From the IMG/VR virus record IMGVR_UViG_3300049144_000095, positions 160,001 to 224,000 of that record: 64,000 nucleotides of DNA, one strand, 5' to 3'. Every line of letters starts with the position of its first letter. The stretch's first letter is position 1. Source of the stretch: a virus (Duplodnaviria > Caudoviricetes). Of the stretch, positions 17,131 through 27,094 are shown piece after piece. The notes under the pieces were generated by a model. The model was not told the origin of the DNA. It saw only the letters and a program-made list of their open reading frames with translations, and did not search any database. The translations under genes were made by a program, and so were the position numbers.

Positions 17131-17207
17131 TGGTCGGGACGGCGGGATTCGAACCCACGACCTTCCGCTCCCAAAGCGGATGCGCTACCAAGCTGCGCTA
17201 CATCCCG
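17131..17207 (-). tRNA. tRNA-Pro(TGG) with encoded CCA
   Basis: CGGGATGTAGCGCAGCTTGGTAGCGCATCCGCTTTGGGAGCGGAAGGTCGTGGGTTCGAATCCCGCCGTCCCGACCA. Confidence 0.95.
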
Positions 17208-17220
17208 TCGCCACATGGAC

Positions 17221-17505
17221 TTACAGGTAGTTCCCGTTCTCGTCCTGAGGAGGCAGCTCGCTCATGGCGCCCGTACGGTACAGCTCCTCGACGATGTTCC
17301 GATCCTCGGGCCGAGACGCCGGGTGGGGCAGGGCCCAGTCGCAGGTGCCGGGAACGATCACCACGTCCTGAGCTTCCTTGCTGTACTCGATCGCGGTGAA
17401 CGAGTTGCAGAAGAAGTTGCCGTTGTACACCACAATGTCGCTGCACTTCGGGCACTTCACGGTGGTCGGCTTGGCTCCGGAATGCCTCAGTGCGTGCTGA
17501 CTCAT
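17221..17505 (-). CDS. small zinc-finger-like protein
   Basis: CPKC...YNGNFFC...CDWALP; GGAGGAGG RBS. Confidence 0.65.
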   Translation of the reverse strand: MSQHALRHSGAKPTTVKCPKCSDIVVYNGNFFCNSFTAIEYSKEAQDVVIVPGTCDWALPHPASRPEDRNIVEELYRTGAMSELPPQDENGNYL

Positions 17506-17540
17506 GACCCACCTCCTCCGTTCTCGTTTGCCCGGGGTTC

Positions 17541-17584
17541 GGGCCGCTCCCGGGATGACGGGGGTGACATCCCGGGAGCGGCCC
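17541..17584 (-). terminator. 17-bp hairpin downstream of 17695..19470
   Basis: GGGCCGCTCCCGGGATG / CATCCCGGGAGCGGCCC. Confidence 0.6.
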
Positions 17585-17694
17585 TACGCTGAACGAGGTT
17601 CGAAACCGCCGTCCTCACCTCGTCCTGCTCTTATACTCTATCGCGGAACTCTGCTTTTTTGTAGCAGTTTCCAGGACCCAAATGACCGAGAAAT

Positions 17695-19470
17695 CTACTC
17701 GACAGCCGTCTGCCCGCCGCACATCTCGCCGAAGTTCTTGGCGAGCTGCCGCACCGGCTCCGCGAAGTCGGCGTGCTCCTCCCGCCAGGCCCGCGACAAG
17801 TAGGACAGATCCCCGAAGGCGTACGCGACCTTGACCAGCAGGGTCAGCACCTCGTGGTCGTTGAGCACGCCCCCCGACAGGAACTTCTCCACGACTCCCT
17901 TCAGATACGGGGTGCTGCCGCCCAGGTGACGAGCCTTGATCAGTCTCTGCATCTCCTGGACCGCCGCCCGGACGACGCCCCAGGTCGGCGTGTTCTCCAC
18001 AGTGGCGATGAACGTATCCGTCATGAGCTGCCGGTCCTTGCGCTGGCGCAGATACTCCAGCCACTCGGCGGGCTTGAGGTACCGGTTGGCCAGGTAGTGC
18101 GCTGTGCCCGCATCGGTCAGCCCCTCTTCCAGCACAGCGATGAGCTGTTCCGGTGTGAGCCGGACCCGCTTGCTCTCACGTCCGGCGGTCATGGCGTTGG
18201 CCATGTCACCCGTCAGGCCCAGCTCATGCACCCGGATCGCCAGATCTGCGAAGTCCTCTGAAGTCTCAGGCTGCTTGTAGTAGTTCTCCATCAGCCTGCC
18301 GAAGGCGGCCAGATACGACGGGGAAATCCCGGCGCGGGCCAGATCCAGCACCCGGTCAGGGTAGGCATGCACCCAGGGGTACATGACCTGTCGCTCCTTG
18401 CTGGTCGCATGGAACGAACGCCGCGAGTTCTCGTCCTTGACGGGCAAGCTGCTCTTGTCCCAGCGGACGAGAGACACCTTCTCCCGGGCCGCCTCAACGA
18501 GGAGGCGGAAGGGCAGATTTCCCTCGCCCTCGTACTTGAGGTGCTGGATCACCGGAACCTGCGCTCGCCACTCTTCGGGCGCAAGGCCGTCCTGGCGGGC
18601 TCGGGTGACCAACGGCAGGCTGATCCCGGCGTCAAGCAGTTCCTTGACCTCTTCAGCCGTGGTGATCCCGGCGCTGACGAGGGTGATCCCGTCCTTGACC
18701 CTGTCACCCAGGCCAGCTCGGAAGAAAGCCACCGCCTCCCCATGGGGCAGTCCCGCGCCGGTCAGTGCCGTGAACCAGTAGTCGTCGTACTCCTTCATCG
18801 CGGCGACGTCGGCCGGAACGGCGGCTTCTCCGAGAAGGTCGGCCAGTTTGGTCAACGGCACCCCCTGATCCAGGGAACTCACGCCGAACTGGAGCAGGCT
18901 CTGCGGGGTGTGACCCGAGGAAACCGCCAGCTCAACGAAGGTCGGCTGGCTTTCGTCGTAGGCATTCGGCTGAGGCAGGATGGAACCCAGACCCCGTTTG
19001 ACCGCTTCCTCCTGAAGCTTCGCGCAGATGCGGAACCACTCGTAGCCGCCACCGGCGACGGAGCCCGGGTAGTCGTCCCCGAAGTACAGGTGCGCCAGGG
19101 CTTCGTCAACCGTCAGGGGTCCGCCCTCGGGAAGGGCGTGCCCGGGGTACCGGTCGAAGGTGACACCGGAGTCCGTGAACACCTTGTGGCGTGTCGCGAG
19201 TTCGACCAGCGCCTCCAGGGTGTCGACACCGAGCTGGGCGAGCAGGCCGGTGAGTCCGGCATCCAGCCCTTCCAGGTAGCCGAAGGCGTTCAGGACGGCC
19301 TTGGCGTACCGGCGGTCGCCTTCAGGAGTGGCTGAGCGGATCTCAGCGATCGGAGCGCCATGCCTCATCACTCGCACCGGACCGGTCTCGTCGAGCCGGT
19401 CCAGGATCTCAGTGAGATCATTCCGGAATTCCGTCAGCGGCACACGAGTGCCAGGCTGCGTCTGCATCAA
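17695..19470 (-). CDS. 591-aa protein with N-terminal Phd/YefM-like DNA-binding domain
   Basis: N-terminus RVPLTEFRNDLTEILDRLDETGPVRVMRHGAPIAEI fits Phd/YefM pattern; remainder unrecognised. Confidence 0.7.
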   Translation of the reverse strand: MMQTQPGTRVPLTEFRNDLTEILDRLDETGPVRVMRHGAPIAEIRSATPEGDRRYAKAVLNAFGYLEGLDAGLTGLLAQLGVDTLEALVELATRHKVFTDSGVTFDRYPGHALPEGGPLTVDEALAHLYFGDDYPGSVAGGGYEWFRICAKLQEEAVKRGLGSILPQPNAYDESQPTFVELAVSSGHTPQSLLQFGVSSLDQGVPLTKLADLLGEAAVPADVAAMKEYDDYWFTALTGAGLPHGEAVAFFRAGLGDRVKDGITLVSAGITTAEEVKELLDAGISLPLVTRARQDGLAPEEWRAQVPVIQHLKYEGEGNLPFRLLVEAAREKVSLVRWDKSSLPVKDENSRRSFHATSKERQVMYPWVHAYPDRVLDLARAGISPSYLAAFGRLMENYYKQPETSEDFADLAIRVHELGLTGDMANAMTAGRESKRVRLTPEQLIAVLEEGLTDAGTAHYLANRYLKPAEWLEYLRQRKDRQLMTDTFIATVENTPTWGVVRAAVQEMQRLIKARHLGGSTPYLKGVVEKFLSGGVLNDHEVLTLLVKVAYAFGDLSYLSRAWREEHADFAEPVRQLAKNFGEMCGGQTAVE

Positions 19471-19729
19471 CCGTCCCCTTTCCGAGGCCCCTTGGTGGGG
19501 TGCTTCCAGCCTGACACACCTAGACCATGATCACAATTACAACTTTCAGAAATGAAAAAGTTCCAACTTTCTGTGGCGAGCTTTGTAGCACGCACGGAAC
19601 CCCTCCGGCGGTCGAGCCACTGGTGCGCTGCCGGAGGGGTCGTCTACGCTGAAGGTGCCTCGCAGGTGGCAAGCGAGTCCCGCCTCCTGGATGACTCCCC
19701 AGTTGAGGCGGGGCTCGCGGCACTCCCGG

Positions 19730-21364
19730 TTACTCGCCGGGCAGGAACTGCCTCAGTCCCGCACGGTTCAGCGTGGAGTCCGGGTCGGCCACGTCCGTCC
19801 GGACGCTGCGCACCGGCTCCTTGAACGTCTCCACCCTGCGTCCTGGTGCCTTCTGCCGCGCCTTGATCCGCTCGTACCGCGACCACGCCCAGCCGGGCAG
19901 GGACTCCAGCCTGAGAACGTCGGACGGCGGCAGGTCGTCGGCGTCCCGGTCGGCACACACCCGCAGGATGAACCGGCACAGGTCGGTCTCCTGCCACATG
20001 CGCTCCCAGGCGGGCTGGCAGTGCCGGTGAATGCGCGTGTAGTCGGCCAGCGCCTTCATGGCGTCGCGGTAGGCCTTCGGGTCCGTCTCCAGCCATCCGT
20101 TGTCGCCGGTGGCCTTGGACAGGTCCCTCAACTGCTGCCACGACAGCAAGGCCTGACCGGCCATCCGGGTCGCCCGCTCGACAAAGGCCCCAAGGTGGAA
20201 GCCGTCGCCCGTGACCAGGCCTACGTCCGGCGTGGCGTGGTGCTGGCGATGCCAGTCCGCCAGCACCTGCACACCGTGCGCCCAGCCCACGGCAGCCAGC
20301 TCCTCGGCCTGCTTGCCGAGCCGCTTCACCGCGCCGGACGGGTTCGGCAGCATCCACCACTCTTTTCGGATCCGGTGGATCTCGCTGCCGAGCGGACGCC
20401 CGTCCTCGGCCTCGAAGCTGCGCTCCATGTCGAGGTGCCCGTGCTTCAACGCGTACTCCCGCAGCGGCAGAAGGTTGGCGTCCCCCTCCCAGCTCCAGCC
20501 CTCGATGGCCTCCAGGGCCGACTGGAGGACGGGGTCGAGCCTGCCCCTCTCGTACTCCATGATCCAGTGGCGGGCCAGGTTGACGAAGGGCTCTCCGCGC
20601 TGCGGCAGTGCTGACATGCCGTTCTTGCGGATGTACTTGGTGATCTCCTCCAGCCGGTCCCGGTACCGGAAGGCCGGATCCTCGGCAGCTCGTTGCTTGT
20701 CGGTGCGCAGGTCGACGCCGAGCTTGCCGAGCCGGACAAGTTGTTGGCGCAGATGCTCCTTCATGCCGCTGTCGCTGGCATACATGCCGCGTTGCGTGTG
20801 CCACCACTGGTGGATGTCCAGACCGGCGACCGTGTACCCCTCGGGGATCTCGGTGTGCCTGTGCTCCAGGTAGAACTCGCGCACGGCGTTGATGCCGAGC
20901 TTGAAGGCCATCTGGCCCTTGCTGCTCCTGGTGTCCGGCAGCCGCCCGGGGTCCCACAGCGGGTTCCGTTCGAGCAGCATGGCCTCCAAGGCGCCGAGGG
21001 TGCCGATGTGGTGGCGGGAGAGCTTGTCGTTGTACCAGTCCCGCAGCGTCTTGTCCTTGGCCAGCGCCTCATCGAGATCCTGCCCTCGGCGGCCGATCCA
21101 GGTGAGCTGGTCGTAGCGCTGGAGCCACAGACTCCAGGCATGCGCCTTCTTCGGGGCCATGACTCCCCCGATCCTGGTGACGGGGATACCCTTCAGGGCC
21201 TGCCGAACCGGGTGGTCCTGCTCCAGCTCCAGGGCGTCGACCAGCCACCAGGCCAGCGGCATGTCGTCGCCGGGTGAGCGGCCGTCGTGCATGGCCAGAT
21301 GCCGGATCAGTTCCTCGATCCGGTCCAGCTCCTCCGGCGTGACGCCGGACGGCTGACCGGTCAT
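19730..21364 (-). CDS. helicase-associated (HA) domain repeat protein
   Basis: about five to six repeats of the L..Y...HGH..vP..y....g..LG.W...R..Y...L......LE.l.GW.W type; no helicase motor motifs seen. Confidence 0.75.
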   Translation of the reverse strand: MTGQPSGVTPEELDRIEELIRHLAMHDGRSPGDDMPLAWWLVDALELEQDHPVRQALKGIPVTRIGGVMAPKKAHAWSLWLQRYDQLTWIGRRGQDLDEALAKDKTLRDWYNDKLSRHHIGTLGALEAMLLERNPLWDPGRLPDTRSSKGQMAFKLGINAVREFYLEHRHTEIPEGYTVAGLDIHQWWHTQRGMYASDSGMKEHLRQQLVRLGKLGVDLRTDKQRAAEDPAFRYRDRLEEITKYIRKNGMSALPQRGEPFVNLARHWIMEYERGRLDPVLQSALEAIEGWSWEGDANLLPLREYALKHGHLDMERSFEAEDGRPLGSEIHRIRKEWWMLPNPSGAVKRLGKQAEELAAVGWAHGVQVLADWHRQHHATPDVGLVTGDGFHLGAFVERATRMAGQALLSWQQLRDLSKATGDNGWLETDPKAYRDAMKALADYTRIHRHCQPAWERMWQETDLCRFILRVCADRDADDLPPSDVLRLESLPGWAWSRYERIKARQKAPGRRVETFKEPVRSVRTDVADPDSTLNRAGLRQFLPGE

Positions 21365-21885
21365 CGCTGCACCACCCCCGGCTCGGTGAGCCCGGCGTGC
21401 ATCTCGACCACACGCCGGGCGGACATGTAGTGCTTGGGCTCGCCGAGCTTGTTCCGGTCCGCGTCCAGGGGCTGGTACATGCCCTTGAAGCGGATGTCGC
21501 CGGTGTAGCGCTGGATATAGCCGAGGATCTGCTGATGGCGGGTCACCAGCTTCATCCCGTCACCGAACGGCTCCCAGCGGGGCAGGTTCCGGTAGGCGTC
21601 GCGGCGCTCGAAGTAGTCGGCGGGCAGGGCCCACACGTTCTTACCCTCCCACTCGCCGCTCTGCCAGGCGGAGGACTCATGGGTGCCGACGTAGTCCGGC
21701 CAGTCCTGGTCGTAGGAATTGAAGCAGCCCATGTCCAGGTAGACGGGCTTCGCGCCGGGGCGGAGCTGCACCCAGTACCAGCCGTCGCTGCTGTAGAACG
21801 ACTTGCCGTTGTGGGTCACGGGCTTCTGCTGGATACCGCAGTCGTTGCAGGACCAGGGCTCGCCGGTGAACGTCTTCTCAGTCAT
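21361..21885 (-). CDS. hypothetical Zn-binding protein, paralog of 21913..22449
   Basis: W.C.DCG..Q.......Y...GW.W....PG...C...Y..DWP...YQPLDAD shared. Confidence 0.7.
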   Translation of the reverse strand: MTEKTFTGEPWSCNDCGIQQKPVTHNGKSFYSSDGWYWVQLRPGAKPVYLDMGCFNSYDQDWPDYVGTHESSAWQSGEWEGKNVWALPADYFERRDAYRNLPRWEPFGDGMKLVTRHQQILGYIQRYTGDIRFKGMYQPLDADRNKLGEPKHYMSARRVVEMHAGLTEPGVVQR

Positions 21886-21912
21886 CGCTTTCTTCTCCTT
21901 CTCCGTGTCGGG

Positions 21913-22449
21913 TCACACCGGCTGCGTGTCTGCTGGCCAGGTCATTCCGAGGTGCGCCTCGACGGCGTTCTTGGCGTAGACGAAGTGCACCGGCCTGCTG
22001 CCGGGCACGGTCCTCTGGTCGGCATCGAGGGGCTGGTACAGCGCGGCAGAGGTGCCGCCGGAGAAGGTCGCCTTGATGTGGCCGAGGACCCTCCCGCCGC
22101 CGGTCTCCCTCAGCCACCAGTCGTCGCCCGTCGCCTCCCACCGGGCAAGGGTGGCCGGGGACTTCTGGCCGGGAGCGCGGTCGTCCGGCATGACCCAGAG
22201 CCATCGCCCCTCCCCCGCGCCGCTCCGCCACGGCAGCTTCCCGTTCGCGTCGCCAGCACTCGGCCAGTCGTCGCCGTAGCCGATGAAGCAGGGCTGGCAC
22301 AGGAGGACGAGTGCCGCCCCCGGCAGGATCTGCCAGAACCAGCCCTGATTGCCGTAGGGCGAACCGTCTTCGTGGGCGGTGGACACCTGCTCCGCACCGC
22401 AGTCGCGGCAGCGCCACGAACCCTCGGCGGCCGTGCTCTCGTTGCTCAT
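21913..22449 (-). CDS. hypothetical Zn-binding protein, paralog of 21361..21885
   Basis: same shared pattern. Confidence 0.7.
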   Translation of the reverse strand: MSNESTAAEGSWRCRDCGAEQVSTAHEDGSPYGNQGWFWQILPGAALVLLCQPCFIGYGDDWPSAGDANGKLPWRSGAGEGRWLWVMPDDRAPGQKSPATLARWEATGDDWWLRETGGGRVLGHIKATFSGGTSAALYQPLDADQRTVPGSRPVHFVYAKNAVEAHLGMTWPADTQPV

Positions 22450-22505
22450 CTTCTTCTCCCTTCGAAGGGCGGGGCGACCCAGGTCGCCCCGCCAGCGTTA
22501 CCGGG

Positions 22506-24779
22506 TCAGCCCCGGCGCTCCTTGATGTCCGGCAGGCGCAGCACCGGAACGTCCCAGCGCTCGCTCGTCACGGCGCCCTTCTTGCTGTCGGCCGCCTTCT
22601 GGGTTTCCAGGGCGTCGTCGATCTCCTGGATGATGTCGCTGTCCAGTTCCTGGTACATCGCCTCGTCGGCCTGGTCGAACTCCTCGGTCGTGTAGCCGTT
22701 GAAGTCGACCGCCCCGATCAGCTTCCCGACCGGTGCACCGGAGCCGACGTGCTCGAAGTACAGCTCGTCCTTGGTCCCGGCCGGACGGCCTTCCGGGTAC
22801 CAGATGCCGTGACTGCGCGCCGCTTCCCGCTCGTCGCGCCGGTCGAACAGGCGGATCCACACGCTGCCGACCATGACCCCCGTGACCAGCTTGTCCTTCC
22901 AGTCCGTCAGGGTGATTCCGGTCGCGCCGGGGAACCAGCGGCGCACCACCCTGGCGACGGACTCCGGTGTCCCTGCGATGTCCAGCTCCTCCAGCAGAGT
23001 GGTGGGGATGGTGTACACCACACCGTGCTTGAGCGTGAAGGCGTGGCTGGCCTCGTAGGGGTGACTGCTCGACGGCGGCACCATGTACTGAAGGCCGCTC
23101 CAGAGCAGTTTGTTGACCCACTCCGGCTCACCCTGCCCCAAGGTGCGTTCGTCGATGGGGATGACCCGTCCCGCGCCGTCACGGATCTCCGTCCCATCCG
23201 CCTTGGCGAGCACCGGCACCTGACCGTTCGCCCAGGCAAGAGCGACCCGCGACAGCAGGTGCGGGTTGAGGACGTGCTCCGGCACCGGATCCTGCGACGG
23301 CAGGGCGCCGATGAGAGCCAGGTGCGCCAGAGCAATGTGAGCCGCATTGCGCCAGCGCGGGTGAGCCAGCAACTGACCGTTGCCACCATCGCTGAGCGCG
23401 GCCACGCCGACGAGGTTCTTCGCGTCGGCGACCAGCAGAGACAGGGAGTCCGGCCGGACTTCCCGGTCCCGGTAGTCGCCGGGCGGGTAAACAACGTCAA
23501 TGTCCTCCTCCATCATGTGCGAGGCGCAGGACAGCAGCGACCGCGAGATGCGCTGCGGCAGTGGTTCGGTGGCGTGCTGAGCGAAGGCCGCCACGGCGGT
23601 GGCAGGGGCGCCGCCGAGCTGCTTGACGGCCCGCGTCCACCACACGAACTGCGCGGCGGCAGTGCGCGCCTCCACCGGCTGCTCACCGAAGGCGATGATT
23701 TCCTTGGGCACCCCCTGAACCCGGAGCCGCTTGGCAGCGACCTCCATCAGCTCGGTGTCGACCGAGGCCTCGGGCAACAGAAGGCCGTTGTACTCCTGCT
23801 GCCCGGTGACCACCACGCGGGCCGGATTGCCGGAGTGCCAGGCGATGACCCCGAGGGACAGCGTTGAGACGACGCCCGTGTAATGGTCACCCTCGCTGCC
23901 CATCGGACGGACCTCGCTGGTGACCGGATCGACGGTGCCGACCGCGATGTAGGCGGGCAAGCTGAAGATGCTCGCCAGGTAGTGCACGCCGACGTACCGC
24001 TGGTTCTCCTCGCCGTAGCCGACGCTGACGCAGGCGTCCCGGACGGCGTTGATGACCTTCGACAGGGCGCTGCGATCACGCTCCAGGGCGGCACGGAACA
24101 CCTCAGGGGTGACCACTCCGGGCCCGAAGTGGCCGTCCAGCCTCGCCTGATCGAGGTCGGCGTACCGCTCCAGCAGGTCCAGTACGCCGTAGTACCGGTA
24201 GCGGCCGTCGGCGATGCGCAACAGGTTCAGCGGATCGCTTCCGTCCCGGAAGATCTCCGTCTGCGGTGTCAGCACGAGCGGGGTCAGGATGCCCCCCTTC
24301 TCGGGGAAGACGCGCAGCGAGTCGCGGTAGATGTCCTTGCCGTAGAGCTGCCGGTTGTCCTTCACGTGCCAGGCTCGGTCGGCGGTGCTCTCCCAGTTGA
24401 GCGTCAGCCCGTCCTTGGTCTCGTCGGGGTGCGGCGTCCTCGGGACCGACGGATCAGCCACCGGGTAGATCTTCTGCGCCCCGTAGCGGATCATCTCGTC
24501 GGCGGGCGGCATGAGCCACGGCGTCCAGACGCGGGCCGGAATGACCTGAAGGTGCGCCTCACGGTGGGCAGTCAGGCCGGGCAGCGGCTCACTGAGCGCC
24601 GCTCGCACGGCGGTGGGATCGACGACGGCGTGGGCGATGGTGGTGGCGGCCGTCTCGCCGAGACCGGTGACCTCCATCAGGCGGGGAACCAGCTTGCGGA
24701 CTGCGTCCAGCTTGGCCATTTTCGGCGGCAGGACGAACGAGGCGGTGTCGTAGAAGCTGGGACCGTGAAGCGTTGTCAT
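22506..24779 (-). CDS. large hypothetical protein with possible ParB/Srx-like segment
   Basis: 757-aa ORF; GGILTPLVL...LLRIADGRYRY resembles the ParB-fold motif; product call weak. Confidence 0.6.
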   Translation of the reverse strand: MTTLHGPSFYDTASFVLPPKMAKLDAVRKLVPRLMEVTGLGETAATTIAHAVVDPTAVRAALSEPLPGLTAHREAHLQVIPARVWTPWLMPPADEMIRYGAQKIYPVADPSVPRTPHPDETKDGLTLNWESTADRAWHVKDNRQLYGKDIYRDSLRVFPEKGGILTPLVLTPQTEIFRDGSDPLNLLRIADGRYRYYGVLDLLERYADLDQARLDGHFGPGVVTPEVFRAALERDRSALSKVINAVRDACVSVGYGEENQRYVGVHYLASIFSLPAYIAVGTVDPVTSEVRPMGSEGDHYTGVVSTLSLGVIAWHSGNPARVVVTGQQEYNGLLLPEASVDTELMEVAAKRLRVQGVPKEIIAFGEQPVEARTAAAQFVWWTRAVKQLGGAPATAVAAFAQHATEPLPQRISRSLLSCASHMMEEDIDVVYPPGDYRDREVRPDSLSLLVADAKNLVGVAALSDGGNGQLLAHPRWRNAAHIALAHLALIGALPSQDPVPEHVLNPHLLSRVALAWANGQVPVLAKADGTEIRDGAGRVIPIDERTLGQGEPEWVNKLLWSGLQYMVPPSSSHPYEASHAFTLKHGVVYTIPTTLLEELDIAGTPESVARVVRRWFPGATGITLTDWKDKLVTGVMVGSVWIRLFDRRDEREAARSHGIWYPEGRPAGTKDELYFEHVGSGAPVGKLIGAVDFNGYTTEEFDQADEAMYQELDSDIIQEIDDALETQKAADSKKGAVTSERWDVPVLRLPDIKERRG

Positions 24780-25244
24780 GGCGTGTAGCCGTTTCTTCCG
24801 CCGGGCGGCATGCCGACAACGGCGATGCTGGCGCAGGCGGATCAGGTGCGGTCAGGTCTCTCGCGCCGGATAGCCGCTCCGCCGGTCACGTCGGCCCCCG
24901 CCGTGCGGGGTGTAGTTGGTGACCGTGCGTGGAGTGGGTCCGCGCAAGCCTGCCTCAGCTCGCTGATCGATCCCGGCCGGGCCGGGCGTGGACCGCTGAG
25001 CTGGTGCGGTGATTCCACAGTAGCAGATGAACTCTGCGATTTGATAGCGGCTTTGGTGAATTTGATTCCATCTCCTCCGCCTGGGAGCACCGAGGCGGGC
25101 GAGAGGTGGTCCCGGCGGACCGTGGGATCAGCGTAGTCGCACAACTTTGCGATCTAGTAACGGTCCTCGGTGACGAAATGGCCTTTACGACACGCCGCCG
25201 ATCTGACATGCTGAGTTTACGTCACTTAAACCGAAGGAGTCACG

Positions 25245-25829
25245 ATGACCCGGCAGACCGCCGTCCCGCTGGATCACAACAGCCTGAACCCGTCGTTCCA
25301 GGCGGCCCGCTCGCTCGTCGAGAACATCAAGTGCGGTGAACTGATTCTGGATCCGCCATATCAGCGCGGCAGCGTATGGACGCTCGACCAGCGCATCGCC
25401 CTGGTGGAGTCCTGGCTGCGCGGCCTGCCTGCTGGTGTCGTCATCCTCTCCGACCGAGGCGAAGGGCTGTGGAACGGCCCGGATCCCTACGCAACCGGCA
25501 AAGGCATCTGGGCTTGCGTAGACGGCAAGCAGCGGCTGACCACAGCCGTTATGTGGTTCAACAGCGAGTTCGCCATCCCGGCGTCCTGGGTTCCTGTCGA
25601 CTTCACAGAGGCCCCCGAGGACACCGAAGACGGCCCCTACGTCCGGTACAGCGGCATGACGGTCCGGGGTCAGCGGTTCCTTGACCTGCGCTGTCAGCTC
25701 CTGGTCGCCCAGACCAAGGACTGCGCAACCGAAGCCGACGAAGCGGCGTTCTACCTGCTCGTCAACGGCGGCGGCACCGTGCAGACCGAGGCCGACATGG
25801 CCAGGGCGGCGAACGTCGCCGGAGCCTGA
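25245..25829 (+). CDS. stand-alone DUF262 (ParB-like fold) protein
   Basis: LDPPYQRGSVW...LVESWLRGLPAG...VDGKQRLT = DUF262 QR/DGQQR motifs. Confidence 0.85.
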   Translation: MTRQTAVPLDHNSLNPSFQAARSLVENIKCGELILDPPYQRGSVWTLDQRIALVESWLRGLPAGVVILSDRGEGLWNGPDPYATGKGIWACVDGKQRLTTAVMWFNSEFAIPASWVPVDFTEAPEDTEDGPYVRYSGMTVRGQRFLDLRCQLLVAQTKDCATEADEAAFYLLVNGGGTVQTEADMARAANVAGA

Positions 25830-25869
25830 AGGCTTGGATCCCCACCACCTCAACCAAGGAGAGATCAAC

Positions 25870-26184
25870 ATGGCGATCATCGCCTATCGAGCCGTAACCT
25901 CCGACGGCTCACTGCACGCTGAGGTCTTCGAGAGCGAGAAGGCCAAGCGGTTCAGCGGCCCGTTCTGCCCGGTAGGCCGACACACCTCGACCACCGTGAA
26001 GGAGGATTTGTACCTGACCGACAAGGGGGTCTGGGTCAAGAACACGGTGACCCTCAACTCGCGGCGCGGCTCCGAGACTGGAGACGTCAGCGTGTACACC
26101 TCCATCAGCCGGTCCGAAGCTCGCGACTGGCTGAAGGCCCACGACTACATGGGCGCCGCAGAACAGCACTTCACCCAGGTCTGA
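25870..26184 (+). CDS. hypothetical protein, paralog of the N-terminus of 26194..26919
   Basis: IAY...DGS....FES..A.RF.G.....E.LYLTD.G.W......YT.lS..EAR.WL.A shared. Confidence 0.7.
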   Translation: MAIIAYRAVTSDGSLHAEVFESEKAKRFSGPFCPVGRHTSTTVKEDLYLTDKGVWVKNTVTLNSRRGSETGDVSVYTSISRSEARDWLKAHDYMGAAEQHFTQV

Positions 26185-26193
26185 GGAGTCCCA

Positions 26194-26919
26194 ATGGCAC
26201 GCATCGCGTACACCGGCAAGAACGAGGACGGCTCGGAGTTCGGAGGCCTGTTCGAGTCCGACATGGCCGAGAGGTTCGAGGGCAACGAGTCCGACACCGG
26301 CGACGAATACGACTACTCCCTGCCAGAGGAGCTGTACCTGACCGACGCGGGATCCTGGATCCTGAACCAGGCCACGGTCGCGAACCCGGACCGCAACACC
26401 TACACGGCGCTGTCACCCGATGAGGCCCGCGCCTGGCTGGAGGCGAACAATCACCCCGAGGCCGCGAAGCGATACTTCCGACCCCGGGGTGGACGCCCCA
26501 ACATCGGAGAACGGCTGATCACCACCGCCCCTGCACGGATGATCGCCCAGATCGCCGACCTCGCCGAGGAGTACGACGAGGACATCCCCGACACGGTGCG
26601 CCGCCTGCTCCGCGAAGCGCTGACCCACCGGGAGACGATCGGCATTCTGGGCGGCGACGGCCCGACAGCCGGTGAAGTGGACGCCGCATCACGGAAGGCC
26701 CAGCATGACGCGCTGATCGAGCTGGTCCGCGAGTTCGGCGGCACCTGGGATCCGGAGCGCGTCATCACCGGCCTGTTCTCCAAGGGCCACATGTCGGTGA
26801 ACAAGAAGCGGGCTCGCCGGATCCTGCGTGACGTCGCCGAGAGGGGGCTGCTCGTGAAGGTGCAGGACCGGCCGGTTCTGTACAACAGTCCGGGGCTGGA
26901 GCACGTCACCGACAGGTGA
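26194..26919 (+). CDS. putative regulator: duplicated domain + ribbon-helix-helix-like + wHTH-like
   Basis: GGRPNIG...MIAQIADLAEEY...DTVRRLLREAL (RHH-like); C-terminal KKRARRILRDVAERGLL. Confidence 0.65.
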   Translation: MARIAYTGKNEDGSEFGGLFESDMAERFEGNESDTGDEYDYSLPEELYLTDAGSWILNQATVANPDRNTYTALSPDEARAWLEANNHPEAAKRYFRPRGGRPNIGERLITTAPARMIAQIADLAEEYDEDIPDTVRRLLREALTHRETIGILGGDGPTAGEVDAASRKAQHDALIELVREFGGTWDPERVITGLFSKGHMSVNKKRARRILRDVAERGLLVKVQDRPVLYNSPGLEHVTDR

Positions 26920-27094
26920 CTTCGGAACGAAGAGGCCCGCATGGCACCCGACCCCAAATCGGGAACACAGCCATGCGGGCCTCGCGCTGTCCAAAGCGCC
27001 CCCGAGGGGTTCCGCCGTCCACGATAGGGCTCGGCGGGCGCCGGTAACTACCCTTGGCGGCAAACCCGGACAGCCGTGGAACAAAGGGGGGATG

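Noticed and set aside
22311-23867. 518-aa plus-strand ORF, and similar long shadow ORFs (48955..50343, 55272..56924, 19644..20957, 896..1897)
   Set aside because: Antisense or alternate-frame to well-supported genes; Arg/Gly/Ala-rich composition typical of high-GC shadow frames; no motifs
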